Of a stretch of 27,908 nt of DNA, positions 14,957-23,830 are shown piece by piece. The notes beneath the pieces are model-generated. The model ran no database searches and had not been told where the DNA came from. It worked only from the letters and a program-made list of their open reading frames with translations. Positions within the stretch are counted from its first letter, which is position 1. Every line of letters begins with the position of its first letter. The stretch covers positions 207,157-235,064 of the forward strand of contig CAID01000007.2 of NCBI GenBank assembly GCA_000214015.2. Reading direction: 5' to 3'. This DNA is from Ostreococcus tauri. Taxonomy: Eukaryota. A program made the translations under genes and the position numbers.

Positions 14957-17548
14957 TCACATCTTCATGGCGATTTCCGTCCCGCCGATCTCGCGCTCGG
15001 TACGAGTTATATAATTGCGTAATCGACGCTCTTTTCGCGCGAGATTTTCGAGATCTCGTCGATATCTTTGCGTTCGCTCCGCATGAAGACGGGCGTTTCG
15101 ATCGACACGGCCGGCGAGCGCCGCCACCTCGCTCACGTCCTCACGGAGCGTAGCGGCGATCGTCGTTCGTCCGGACGATTCATCCTCATCACTCTTCGTC
15201 GTCTCGTGCGCGGCGAGAAATCGTTGTAGCCGTTTGCTGACTCGAAGGAGCGCAACCTCGGTGCACCTGGCGGAGATGTCCTCGCATCGCAGGTCTAGTG
15301 CTTGGATTTCCCACTTGACGTGTTCAATATCGTCTCTCGTCGCTGCACGAGAATCTTCGCCGCGAATCTTCGCCGCGTGCGACGCGCGTAGTCTTTCGTT
15401 CAAGTCGTCGATGCGTGATCTCGGGATCACAATGACGTCATCGTGCTCTACAGCGTCTGCGACGCTCACCAGGGGGATTTCGATGAATCCACGCGAGCAG
15501 TCTAATCTGACGTCAACGTCGTACGCCCGAATGCGACGCGCACAACGCGACGCGTGTAGCGCCTCCGTTTGCGCGTCCGCACGACTTTGAGCGTTTCTAG
15601 CGTCAGCCTCGAGCTCGCGCATGTGAGCCGACGTTTTCGCATGTGCCTCGCGCATGGACGCGAGCTCACGCTCGAGCGCAAATCGACGCGATCGAGCGGC
15701 GGTCAATTTATCCCACCATCTATCGTCCAATCCTTGGGGGAACACCCCCACACGCCGTCTGTCGCCCGGGACGTTATCTTCTACGCGTGCGATGGCGTCC
15801 GGGTGTTGGTACAGCATCACGAGCGCGTCGAGGTGCACGCACGAGGCGGGATTATCCTGCACGTCTCTCCGAAAAGCTTTGAGCGCGGATTTCACTGCGA
15901 GCACCGCCGCGTCGAGATCCGACTTGGATCGCTCGATCGAATCTGTGTAATCCCGGACCGCTTTACTCGATCTCTGCGCGTGCTCGACGACGAGTCGAAC
16001 CTGGTGAGCCTCCTCTTCAACTCTCCCGTCGAAATCACCGGCGATGAAGCGCTCGTGAAGTCGCCGTGCGATTCGCCCCCGGCGCAAATCGAGCATTAAC
16101 ATTTGGAACGCTGTATCGCGTCGTTCGCATGCGAGTACTCGTACACGTTCATCAAACATTGTCGTGATATCGGTCGCCTCTTGAAGTAGTCGTCGAATCT
16201 CGCCTCGAAGCGCGTTTCGTCGCTCGTCGCGCGCGGCTCGCACCGCTTCCAGCGCGTTTTCATACTCCGTCAAGCGAACTGTCTGTTCAGCAGTGAGCGC
16301 CTTTCTGTTCGTTGCCGATAGCTTCTTTTGGTGCATATCGTCCGAGTTCTTATCAGTGTTGGCTTCATGAAAGATATCATCCAGGAAATCGGGACGATTG
16401 ACGATCGACGCGGCGGTCAGAGCGACGTCGTATCCCTGTCGCTTGTCGCACGCCTCGAAATCGATGATGCCCGCATCGTCAGCGATATCCTCGCCCATCA
16501 TCGTCCTCAGTTTTGACACGGCGCGTGAGGACGAGTTCTCGTTCGCGCTCACGTCACGGTCCGAAGGCAAGACCATATTGTCATTGAATTCATCCTTGAG
16601 GTCTCCTTCGCGACGAACGACCGTTTCCAGACGGAACTCAGTGTCGTCGCCGCATCGCATTGCCAATCGCATCGCGTCGCCGTCCCACCACTCCGCGAGC
16701 ACGTCCGGTTCCGCCGCGGTTTCTCCGAGCTCATTGAGCATCTTGCGCGCGATCGCCACGCGACGGTCAATGGATCGCAAACGCTCGACGATCTCTCGTC
16801 GTCGCTCGACCGCGGCAAGGAACGAGGCATTGAACGCGTCTCTCGCAGAAATTGCCATCGCGCGAAAAGCTCCGCACTGCGTCATCGCCCGTCGCGGATA
16901 CACCACCTCCGCGCACGTGTACGACGAATCCTCCTCGTCAACATCATTGACATCCATCGCGTCTTCACGCGCACCGTCCTCGTCCACGTTTTCGTCCGCG
17001 CCGTCGTCCCTCGTCATCGCCGCTCGGGCTCGTTCGGCTCGAACGCGCGCGCGACGCGCTCCCACCTCCACCGCGCGAAGCACCCGCATCTTCGTCCACG
17101 TCACCGCTGTCCTCGGCTCGACGCGACCACTCGGGAAGTTCCAAACCACATCGACGCCGACGCGCGTCGCGTTGAACGCGCACGTGGACGTTGCGAACGC
17201 GCGCGCGTCTCGAGCCAAAGTCTGGGCATTTCGTTGGTTGGCGATACGAAGCGTCGCGAGCTCGCTCTCGGCGCGCTCGAGCACCGCTCGCGCGCGCGCG
17301 TCGGCGGCGATGGCGCACGCACGCGTTGCGGCGGCGTCGATGACGACGTCGAGGGCCGGATGTGCGATGGAACTCGATGCGACGTCGTGTGCGGTGCGCT
17401 TGAGCGCGACGAGCCGACGTCTGAGGCGAGACGCGCGAGACGTGGGCGAGTCTTCGGTCGACATCGCGGGGCTCGATTGGTCGTCACGCGAGGTCGAGAG
17501 TGAGTGTTGAATCGTGAACTCGACGACGCGACGAGTGGCGCCGGACAT
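14957..17548 (-). CDS. Large coiled-coil protein of unknown function (possibly cilium/flagellum-associated)
   Basis: Continuous ORF 14957..17743. The track start is a GTG. 17560-17720 is AT-richer and looks intergenic, so I start at the ATG at 17546-17548 (MSGATRRVV...). An alternative ATG lies at 17464. The protein has long heptad-rich segments. The C-terminal block FPQGLDDRWWDKLTAARSRRFALE...RGFIEIPL...VIVIPRSRIDDLNERL...IEHVKWEIQALDLRCEDISARCTEVALLRVSKRLQRFL is reminiscent of the C-terminal parts of CFAP43/44-type axonemal proteins. That is a weak recollection, and no WD repeats are present. Confidence 0.45.
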   Translation of the reverse strand: MSGATRRVVEFTIQHSLSTSRDDQSSPAMSTEDSPTSRASRLRRRLVALKRTAHDVASSSIAHPALDVVIDAAATRACAIAADARARAVLERAESELATLRIANQRNAQTLARDARAFATSTCAFNATRVGVDVVWNFPSGRVEPRTAVTWTKMRVLRAVEVGARRARVRAERARAAMTRDDGADENVDEDGAREDAMDVNDVDEEDSSYTCAEVVYPRRAMTQCGAFRAMAISARDAFNASFLAAVERRREIVERLRSIDRRVAIARKMLNELGETAAEPDVLAEWWDGDAMRLAMRCGDDTEFRLETVVRREGDLKDEFNDNMVLPSDRDVSANENSSSRAVSKLRTMMGEDIADDAGIIDFEACDKRQGYDVALTAASIVNRPDFLDDIFHEANTDKNSDDMHQKKLSATNRKALTAEQTVRLTEYENALEAVRAARDERRNALRGEIRRLLQEATDITTMFDERVRVLACERRDTAFQMLMLDLRRGRIARRLHERFIAGDFDGRVEEEAHQVRLVVEHAQRSSKAVRDYTDSIERSKSDLDAAVLAVKSALKAFRRDVQDNPASCVHLDALVMLYQHPDAIARVEDNVPGDRRRVGVFPQGLDDRWWDKLTAARSRRFALERELASMREAHAKTSAHMRELEADARNAQSRADAQTEALHASRCARRIRAYDVDVRLDCSRGFIEIPLVSVADAVEHDDVIVIPRSRIDDLNERLRASHAAKIRGEDSRAATRDDIEHVKWEIQALDLRCEDISARCTEVALLRVSKRLQRFLAAHETTKSDEDESSGRTTIAATLREDVSEVAALAGRVDRNARLHAERTQRYRRDLENLARKERRLRNYITRTEREIGGTEIAMKM

Positions 17549-17723
17549 CGAGGCACTACTACCGTGCACTACTACGGTTGTACTAAATTTGGTGTGCGGC
17601 GTTAACATTGACGTGGCCATTATGCGTTGCCATCTCGAACGTCCGATACTGATCGTTTTCGCCGCGCCAATCGCGTCTAATACGTAACCACAGGCATCGA
17701 CCTCGCCTGTGCAAGTCATCCAC

Positions 17724-18271
17724 TCACGAAGGCGACGGTTCACCGCCCTGGCTGCTGCACGCGTCCTCCTCTCGCTGAATCGCCTCTCGCTTCTCTAAAA
17801 ATCTATTCACCGCCTTGTCCACCGCGTCTCGTCCCATGAGGAGCATCCTGTTCACCATTTCCGGATCCCGCTCTCGTCTGCCCGCTTCGAACTCCTTCCG
17901 AGCGCTCTCTCGAATCACGTCCCGCCACTGACGTCCACGCTCGTCTCGCCAGACGAAGAACACGCTCGCTCGAATCACCGCGCGGTACAGACTCAGCGCC
18001 TCTTTTCGCGTCGTAAGCAGCGCCGCACGAACATGCGTCTCGTCCTTCTTTTGAAACTCGCCTTTTTTGCGATCCTACACGACGAGAAGCGGCGAGCGGT
18101 GAGAAGAGGTTGACGAGAGAGCTCGAGCGGGCGCACCAGATTAGCCTCGATGATTTCGATCGTTTTCCCGCCGTCCTTGTCGTCTTCGTTCAGGCGCGTA
18201 GATGAAGTAGAAGCGATGGCACGGCTGGATGGGGGACGAATCGCGCGGGCGCTTCGCGCGAGGGCGAGCAT
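17724..18271 (-). CDS. LYR-motif (Complex1_LYR family) protein with mitochondrial presequence; 2 exons: 18271-18137 and 18074-17724
   Basis: Exon 1 has a verified ATG at 18269-18271 (MLALARSARAIRPPSSRAIAS...IEANL) and ends CTG|GTGCGC. Exon 2 starts after TGTAG| at 18075/18074 and reads DRKKGEFQKKDETHVRAALLTTRKEALSLYRAVIRASVFF...WRDVIRESARKEFEAGRRERDPEMVNRMLLMGRDAV. This gives the L-Y-R tripeptide plus a downstream (K/R)EF and D.E...... pattern, as in LYRM proteins. The track splits this into two ORFs in different frames. Confidence 0.65.
18075..18136 (-). other. Predicted short spliceosomal intron of LYR gene (62 nt, GTGCGC...TGTAG, pyrimidine-rich)
   Basis: It joins the presequence exon to the LYR exon at phase 0, and its length (62 nt) accounts for the frame change. 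It has no CTGAC; the possible branch motif is CTCAC. Confidence 0.55.
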
Positions 18272-18353
18272 GGTGCGCGCTTTGCGCAGTGAGGGTATGT
18301 CCCGCAGCGGCGCCGAACGTGTTGCGGCGACATCAAAACGGTGAATGAATCTG

Positions 18354-21300
18354 CTAACAAATGTGCGAATCTAGATGCGTGCGAGATATGTCTCGTAAGT
18401 TTCGCTGCCTGGCCGCCTCGGCGGCGTCCGCGAGGTCCTTGAGATTTTTCGCGGATGCCGAGCCGGTTTCGGCAACGAGTTGGGCGAAGATGGAGTTAGA
18501 GTCGGCGAGCATGGCCGATGGTGAGTCCATGGCGACGATATTGCCCGCTTCAAGGCACACGACTTGATCGTTTTCGATAATGGTGATAATGCGATGAGCG
18601 ATGGTGAGAATGGTGCAAGATTGGAACTCCTCGCCGATGACCTTTTGCATGGCGGCATCCGTCTCCGTGTCCACACTCGCCGTGGCCTCGTCGAGACACA
18701 CGACTTTGGAGTCGCGAAGGAGTGCTCGGGCGAGGCACAACATTTGCCTCTGGCCAGCTGAGTAGTTTCCACCGAATTCTTCCACAGGAGCATCGAGACC
18801 AAGTCCCTGAGCACTGATGAAATCCTTGCACTGCGCGTGCTCCAGCGCGTACCACAACTTATCATCCGTGTACTGATCAAAGGGATCAAGGTTGTAACGA
18901 ATCGTTCCACTGAACAGCACGGGATCTTGTGGGATGCACGTCACTGAAGAACGAAGTCTTTGGAGAGAGATTGTGGAGATGTCGACGCCGTCAAGCCAGA
19001 TTGATCCACCAGATGGTTCGCACAAGCGCCACAAGGCTACGAGCAAAGAACTCTTACCGCTACCAGTTCTACCGCAGATACCCACTTTATGTCCAGGGTT
19101 AACCGCGAAGGATACGCCCTTAAGAACTAGCGGAAGCTCAGGTCTGTAGCGCATCTCCAACTTTTCAAATCTGAGCGCACCGTGCGCGGGCCATTCCTTG
19201 GGCGGTTCCTCGATGACTCCATGCTGAGCCATCGCCCCAGTACTCTCCTCGGACGGAAGCTTAGTGTACTCGTCGACGCGCTCGACGCTCACCATTTGTG
19301 ACTCAAGTTCTGAGACAATGCGAATCACCCACGAGAGAACACCCGTGATATCGATGGCGTAAGTGAGCGCCAAGCCGATGAGCGCCGCGTCGAGCGTTTT
19401 GCGTTGGTACACCCCAATCCCAGCGACGACGAGAGTCATCGAGTTTCCGATCGTCTCTAGACGAATAGGAAGCCAGCGCTCACATCCGCACTTTTGTGTG
19501 TAGTCGGCAATCTGGTTGGTACCGATGCGCCTCTCGTTTTCGGTGATGAATCGCCTCTGATGACCAAAGGCTCGAATCGTGCTCAAGCCTCCGAGCGTCT
19601 CTCCAAAGTGCGCGAAAACGGGAGATCCACTGATCGCGTCTAAACGTTTGGCTTCACGATAGCCAGGGCGATAATACTTCTGAATGTAAAAATAGACACC
19701 GAAAATTGGGATCAAGAACGGCATCAAAATCGGCATGACCCAGCCCATCACAACGATGGTGCCGAAGAGGAGCAAACTAAATGACATGACGCTCGAGACC
19801 GATTGCCCTAAAATGTTGTCCAGTGCGTTCGTATCTTTGCTGAATCTCTGAATGATTCGACCGAGCGGTGTGGTATCAAAGAAGCCCATCCTCGTGTTCA
19901 TGACCGCGTCGAGAAGCTTCAGGTGCAGGTTTGTAGCCGCCGTGAGTGATGCCACTATCCACGCAAAGGTGCGGCCCCAAGCTACGATTGCCGAGATGAT
20001 GCCTATTGCGCTGTATCCGGTTAGATACACCGTCTCTCCGAGATTCCACTTCGATTGCGACCAATACGCTAACCAAACGTTCGTGAAAACACTCAGCGCT
20101 CGCTCGGCAACCGTGATGAACATGAGGAGACTGAATGTCCAAACACCACCTCCCATCGCCTTGATGTAAGCCTTGTACACGTTCATTTTAACCGATCCCT
20201 CCTCACGTCTTTCGATGTTCTGCTTTGCCTTTTCCCTCATACTGGACATTGTCTTCTTCATGCCGTCACTCACTGCCGTATCCACCATCTCTTCTTCCTT
20301 CGGTGTCTGTTCGTCATGATGACCGCGATACGATCGCATCATCGACTGAAACGACGAGTCACGTTCCATGAGATCGCTGTACGTGCCGGACGCGACTACT
20401 CGCCCGTCCTTCATGACTAGAATGTTATCCGCAAACTCCGTGAATTGAAGCGCGTGGGTAACGAGCAAGACGGAGTTGCGACGAAGGACGCCGCGTATGC
20501 ATCGCTTAAAAACATCCTTGGAAACATGCGCATCAAGGGCTGACAGCGGGTCATCCAAAATCGCGAGATCAGCGTCGGCGTAAACCGCGCGAGCAATCGC
20601 TGTGCGCTGCTTTTGACCACCACTCAAAGTGATACCTTTCTCACCAATCTCCGTGTTGTCACCATTCGGCAGTAGATCAATATCTGTTTCCATGCATGCC
20701 GCTTCAAGCGCTTGATGATACTTGTTCTCATCGTACGCCTTACCAAATAGCACGTTTTCGCGGAGAGACATCGATTGAACCCAAGCAGTCTGTGCTACAT
20801 AAGAGACGGTGGCATCAATGATCACTTCGGTTCCTTCGTTAGCGCTCATTTCACCCAGCAACGCAGAGATGAGCGCCGTCTTGCCAGCGCCTACGGCGCC
20901 TACGACGACAGTCAGCTCGCCTCGCCTGAGCTCCAAGTTAATATCGCGTAAAAAGGGTAAAGTTGGGTCAATCTTCGACTCTTCGTCCTTATCTTCGATT
21001 TCGTTTTCTTTCGCCTTCGCCTCTTGTTTCTTCGTGGCGACCGTTCTCGGCTCTGCCCATGAAAAGTTGCCATTTGTTATGCGAGCGAGCACATCACCCT
21101 TCGAGCCAGTCTTCTTCGTTGTCACTGCTTGATCGATATCTTCTATACGCTCGAATTCGACGGTTTTCGTCGTCGATGACGACTCGGAGAGCATGAAATA
21201 CTTCAGTAATCTATCCAAGGACACGAAGGCGTCCGCACACAGAGCGAGACATCGAGGGTAAAACATGACTGGAAATCTAAGCAAAGAAAACAAAGTGAGC

Positions 21301-22472
21301 GCTGGAAAGATGACGTCTGCCGTCATGGGGCGGTTCATCACGCCGGCATAGAGCGCGAAGACGACAACGGAAACAATAGTCGGACCGGCCATCATAATTG
21401 CCGTGTTCGCGGCGCCGACATTGGCGACTTTTGTAGCCTCAACCATCTCTCGTTTTCGCACGGCGGAGACCTCCGCTTGGAGCGATTGTTCCCAGGCGTT
21501 GAGTTTGAGAATCTTGATTCCACTCAACCCCTCGTTCTCAAACTTCACTCGACGATCGGTCTCCGTGGTTTGCGCCTTTCTATATCGAAAAGTGAGGTCG
21601 TAGAACTTCTTCTGTAGCGGAATCAGGCCAACCATGATTGCGAATCCACCGAACACGCTCCATCCGATGTACATGTACAACAAAGCCATGTAGCCGATGA
21701 TTTGCAATAGCCCGCTCCAAAGGACGTTGACAAACAGCATGAGATCCCCCACACGCTGCGCATCAAGCTGCATGTGATTTAACACCTCCCCGGTCGTGCT
21801 CCCGCTCCTCCCTGCGCTCGAAAGACGCATCGTCTTCCTGTACACAGCCGTGGAGAGCGCGCCCTTGATACAGATTCCGCTCGCCTGGGCGTAGTAAAAG
21901 TACGTCTGCTCGCACACAGTTCGAAGCACCGCCAGCGCGAACATGAGCGCACAATACAAAATCCCGATCGAAGTCTCACTCAGCGACGACCCGAACGCTT
22001 CCTCCATGAAATTTTGCTTTCGCGCGATGTACCGAAGAAATCCGCTCAGGACCAACGGCGGGAGAAACTGAATGACGTCGTTGCACAGCTTAAAGAACGA
22101 TCCAGTGAGCACCACGCCGCCGAAAGTTCGCCACAGTGGCGACACAAGCGCCGGCAATCGAAACCGCTTTGCTCGCTTTTTCTCGCTCTCCGCGTTCGCG
22201 CCTTCCGTCTCTTCCGCCGCCGCCTCCGCCTCGACCCGCCGCAACCGCTCCAACATCTCCCGCTCGAACAACTCCGAGTTATATCGCGCCACGTACGCCT
22301 CGGGCGGTCGCAGCAGATCACCCATCTCCATCGCCGGCCGTCGGCCCGCGTTCGCGTCGACGCCGCGACGCAAAAAAGGCGTGACCCAGAGAAACAGCGC
22401 TCTCGCCAGCGCGTTGGCGTCCTCCCTGCGTCCGCCGCGGTCGACGCCGACCGGCTTGGCGGACGGCGTCAT
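18354..22472 (-). CDS. ABCC: ABC transporter, subfamily C (MRP-type), full length TMD1-NBD1-TMD2-NBD2, no TMD0
   Basis: Single 1372-aa ORF with ATG verified at 22470-22472 and TAG at 18354-18356. NBD1 has Walker A GAVGAGKTALISALLGEM, signature LSGGQKQRTAIARAVY and Walker B LAILDDPLSALD. NBD2 has GRTGSGKSSLLVALWRL, YSAGQRQMLCLARALL and VVCLDEATASVD. Two blocks of about 6 hydrophobic helices are present. The N-terminal LFLWVTPFLRRG is typical of ABCC. Confidence 0.95.
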   Translation of the reverse strand: MTPSAKPVGVDRGGRREDANALARALFLWVTPFLRRGVDANAGRRPAMEMGDLLRPPEAYVARYNSELFEREMLERLRRVEAEAAAEETEGANAESEKKRAKRFRLPALVSPLWRTFGGVVLTGSFFKLCNDVIQFLPPLVLSGFLRYIARKQNFMEEAFGSSLSETSIGILYCALMFALAVLRTVCEQTYFYYAQASGICIKGALSTAVYRKTMRLSSAGRSGSTTGEVLNHMQLDAQRVGDLMLFVNVLWSGLLQIIGYMALLYMYIGWSVFGGFAIMVGLIPLQKKFYDLTFRYRKAQTTETDRRVKFENEGLSGIKILKLNAWEQSLQAEVSAVRKREMVEATKVANVGAANTAIMMAGPTIVSVVVFALYAGVMNRPMTADVIFPALTLFSLLRFPVMFYPRCLALCADAFVSLDRLLKYFMLSESSSTTKTVEFERIEDIDQAVTTKKTGSKGDVLARITNGNFSWAEPRTVATKKQEAKAKENEIEDKDEESKIDPTLPFLRDINLELRRGELTVVVGAVGAGKTALISALLGEMSANEGTEVIIDATVSYVAQTAWVQSMSLRENVLFGKAYDENKYHQALEAACMETDIDLLPNGDNTEIGEKGITLSGGQKQRTAIARAVYADADLAILDDPLSALDAHVSKDVFKRCIRGVLRRNSVLLVTHALQFTEFADNILVMKDGRVVASGTYSDLMERDSSFQSMMRSYRGHHDEQTPKEEEMVDTAVSDGMKKTMSSMREKAKQNIERREEGSVKMNVYKAYIKAMGGGVWTFSLLMFITVAERALSVFTNVWLAYWSQSKWNLGETVYLTGYSAIGIISAIVAWGRTFAWIVASLTAATNLHLKLLDAVMNTRMGFFDTTPLGRIIQRFSKDTNALDNILGQSVSSVMSFSLLLFGTIVVMGWVMPILMPFLIPIFGVYFYIQKYYRPGYREAKRLDAISGSPVFAHFGETLGGLSTIRAFGHQRRFITENERRIGTNQIADYTQKCGCERWLPIRLETIGNSMTLVVAGIGVYQRKTLDAALIGLALTYAIDITGVLSWVIRIVSELESQMVSVERVDEYTKLPSEESTGAMAQHGVIEEPPKEWPAHGALRFEKLEMRYRPELPLVLKGVSFAVNPGHKVGICGRTGSGKSSLLVALWRLCEPSGGSIWLDGVDISTISLQRLRSSVTCIPQDPVLFSGTIRYNLDPFDQYTDDKLWYALEHAQCKDFISAQGLGLDAPVEEFGGNYSAGQRQMLCLARALLRDSKVVCLDEATASVDTETDAAMQKVIGEEFQSCTILTIAHRIITIIENDQVVCLEAGNIVAMDSPSAMLADSNSIFAQLVAETGSASAKNLKDLADAAEAARQRNLRDISRTHLDSHIC

Positions 22473-22587
22473 CGCGACGACGACGTCCGGCGATCACCGC
22501 GGTCGTGAAGCGCGCGTCGCGCGCGTCGCGAGTCAACGCGCGTCGAAAGATGGCGGCGCTAGTGCGGCGCTCGCGACGGCGGCGTCG

Positions 22588-23772
22588 ATGTCGATGCGTG
22601 ACGCCGAGCGCGCGGCGGCGCGCAGGGTGCGCGCGCTCGGAAGCGCGATGCGCGCGTCGTCGGCGAACGCGCGCGCGTCGGTGGTGGTGTTCGGAGGGAC
22701 GTGCGTGGACGCGCACGCGCGAGCTGGACGCGCGGGCGCGCTGAAACGCGGAACGTCCGCGATCGGACGCGCGTGGAGCGCGCTGGGGGGCGTGGGGATG
22801 AACGTCGCCACGGCGTGCGCGTCCGCGAGCGCGCGGACGTCGACGCGATTGGTGAGCGCGGTGGGTGACGACGCGGATGGAGACGCGGCGCTCGAGGAGT
22901 GGTCGAGACGGGCGCGCGGCGGAGGCGACGATGGCGTGCGAATAGTGAAGGGTGGACGCACGGCGCGCGTCGTAGCGGTGCTGGATGGTGATGGAGAGAT
23001 CGCGGCGTGCGTCGCGGACGTGGAGATCGTCGAGGAGGGGGTGGACAGCGCGTGGTGCGCCTCGCAGGCGAACGCGTGCCGGGACGCGCGCGGGATGGTT
23101 TTAGACGGTAATCTCGGTCAAGAGGCGATCGAGACGGTGAAAGAGATGGCGAGAAAGTTCAATAAGTGGCTTTGGTACGAACCAGTGAGCGTGGAAAAGT
23201 CAACGCGGATCTTGGGAGGCGGAGTTGACGACGCCGCTCGACCGCTCCGTGGAGTGACGTTTTGTTCGCCCAACGCCGCGGAGCTTCGAGAGCTCGCAAA
23301 CGGGGTTCGTCGGGGATGGGCGAAGGGATCACCCATGTCGCCGTGTCCGTTCAACCCAGAGTTCAAGTTTAAGAACGCAAGCGAGGCGTTGGATGCTCTC
23401 GCGAGTGACGTGTGCACGGTTTTAGCTGCCGGATGCGAGCACGTAGTCCTCACTCTCGGCCCGCTTGGTGTGGTCGTCTCCAGCGCGCCGAGCGACGGCG
23501 AGGTTTCTCGAGCGACACACACGCACGTTCCGGCGGTGAGAGCGGACGTTGTATCTCTCGTCGGTGCCGGTGACGCGCTCGTTGGAGGCGCGGTGGGAGC
23601 ACTGGCGGAGGGCGCAAGTCTGCTGATAGCCATCGCGAGAGGGGTCGCGTGCGCGTCGATAGCGTGCGAACGTGCCGGTGCTGCTCTGTTAGACGTCGAC
23701 GCGAACGAGATGGAGAAGCGGGCGGCAATCGCGTTCGCCGGGATTTCAATATTAGCACCGGCAGTGCGTTGA
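22588..23772 (+). CDS. pfkB-family carbohydrate kinase, pseudouridine-kinase-like
   Basis: The ORF 22072..23772 upstream part is antisense to the ABCC N-terminus. The first ATG beyond the ABCC start is 22588 (MSMRDAERAA...). VVVFGGTCVDAHA, LGGVGMNVATA, LVSAVGDDADG, MVLDGNL, YEPVSVEKSTRI, FCSPNAAEL and SLVGAGDALVGGAVGAL (the GAGD anion-hole motif) follow ribokinase/pfkB order. The EPVS..K block is what I associate with YeiC/PUKI-type pseudouridine kinases. Confidence 0.7.
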   Translation: MSMRDAERAAARRVRALGSAMRASSANARASVVVFGGTCVDAHARAGRAGALKRGTSAIGRAWSALGGVGMNVATACASASARTSTRLVSAVGDDADGDAALEEWSRRARGGGDDGVRIVKGGRTARVVAVLDGDGEIAACVADVEIVEEGVDSAWCASQANACRDARGMVLDGNLGQEAIETVKEMARKFNKWLWYEPVSVEKSTRILGGGVDDAARPLRGVTFCSPNAAELRELANGVRRGWAKGSPMSPCPFNPEFKFKNASEALDALASDVCTVLAAGCEHVVLTLGPLGVVVSSAPSDGEVSRATHTHVPAVRADVVSLVGAGDALVGGAVGALAEGASLLIAIARGVACASIACERAGAALLDVDANEMEKRAAIAFAGISILAPAVR

Positions 23773-23830
23773 GCGACTGTCGTGGCGGACAAATCAGCGA
23801 TTATATCGTACTTGTACAGTGTAATACATA

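Noticed and set aside
16398-17510. 370-aa plus-strand ORF antisense to the large coiled-coil gene
   Set aside because: It has Ser/Ala/Arg-rich composition and no motifs. It is the mirror image of a Glu/Arg/Ala-rich coiled-coil coding strand.
22072-22587. Upstream 172 codons of the pfkB ORF
   Set aside because: This segment is antisense to the well-supported ABCC N-terminus (LFLWVTPFLRRG...) and contains no kinase motifs. The gene is started at the first ATG beyond the ABCC start codon.
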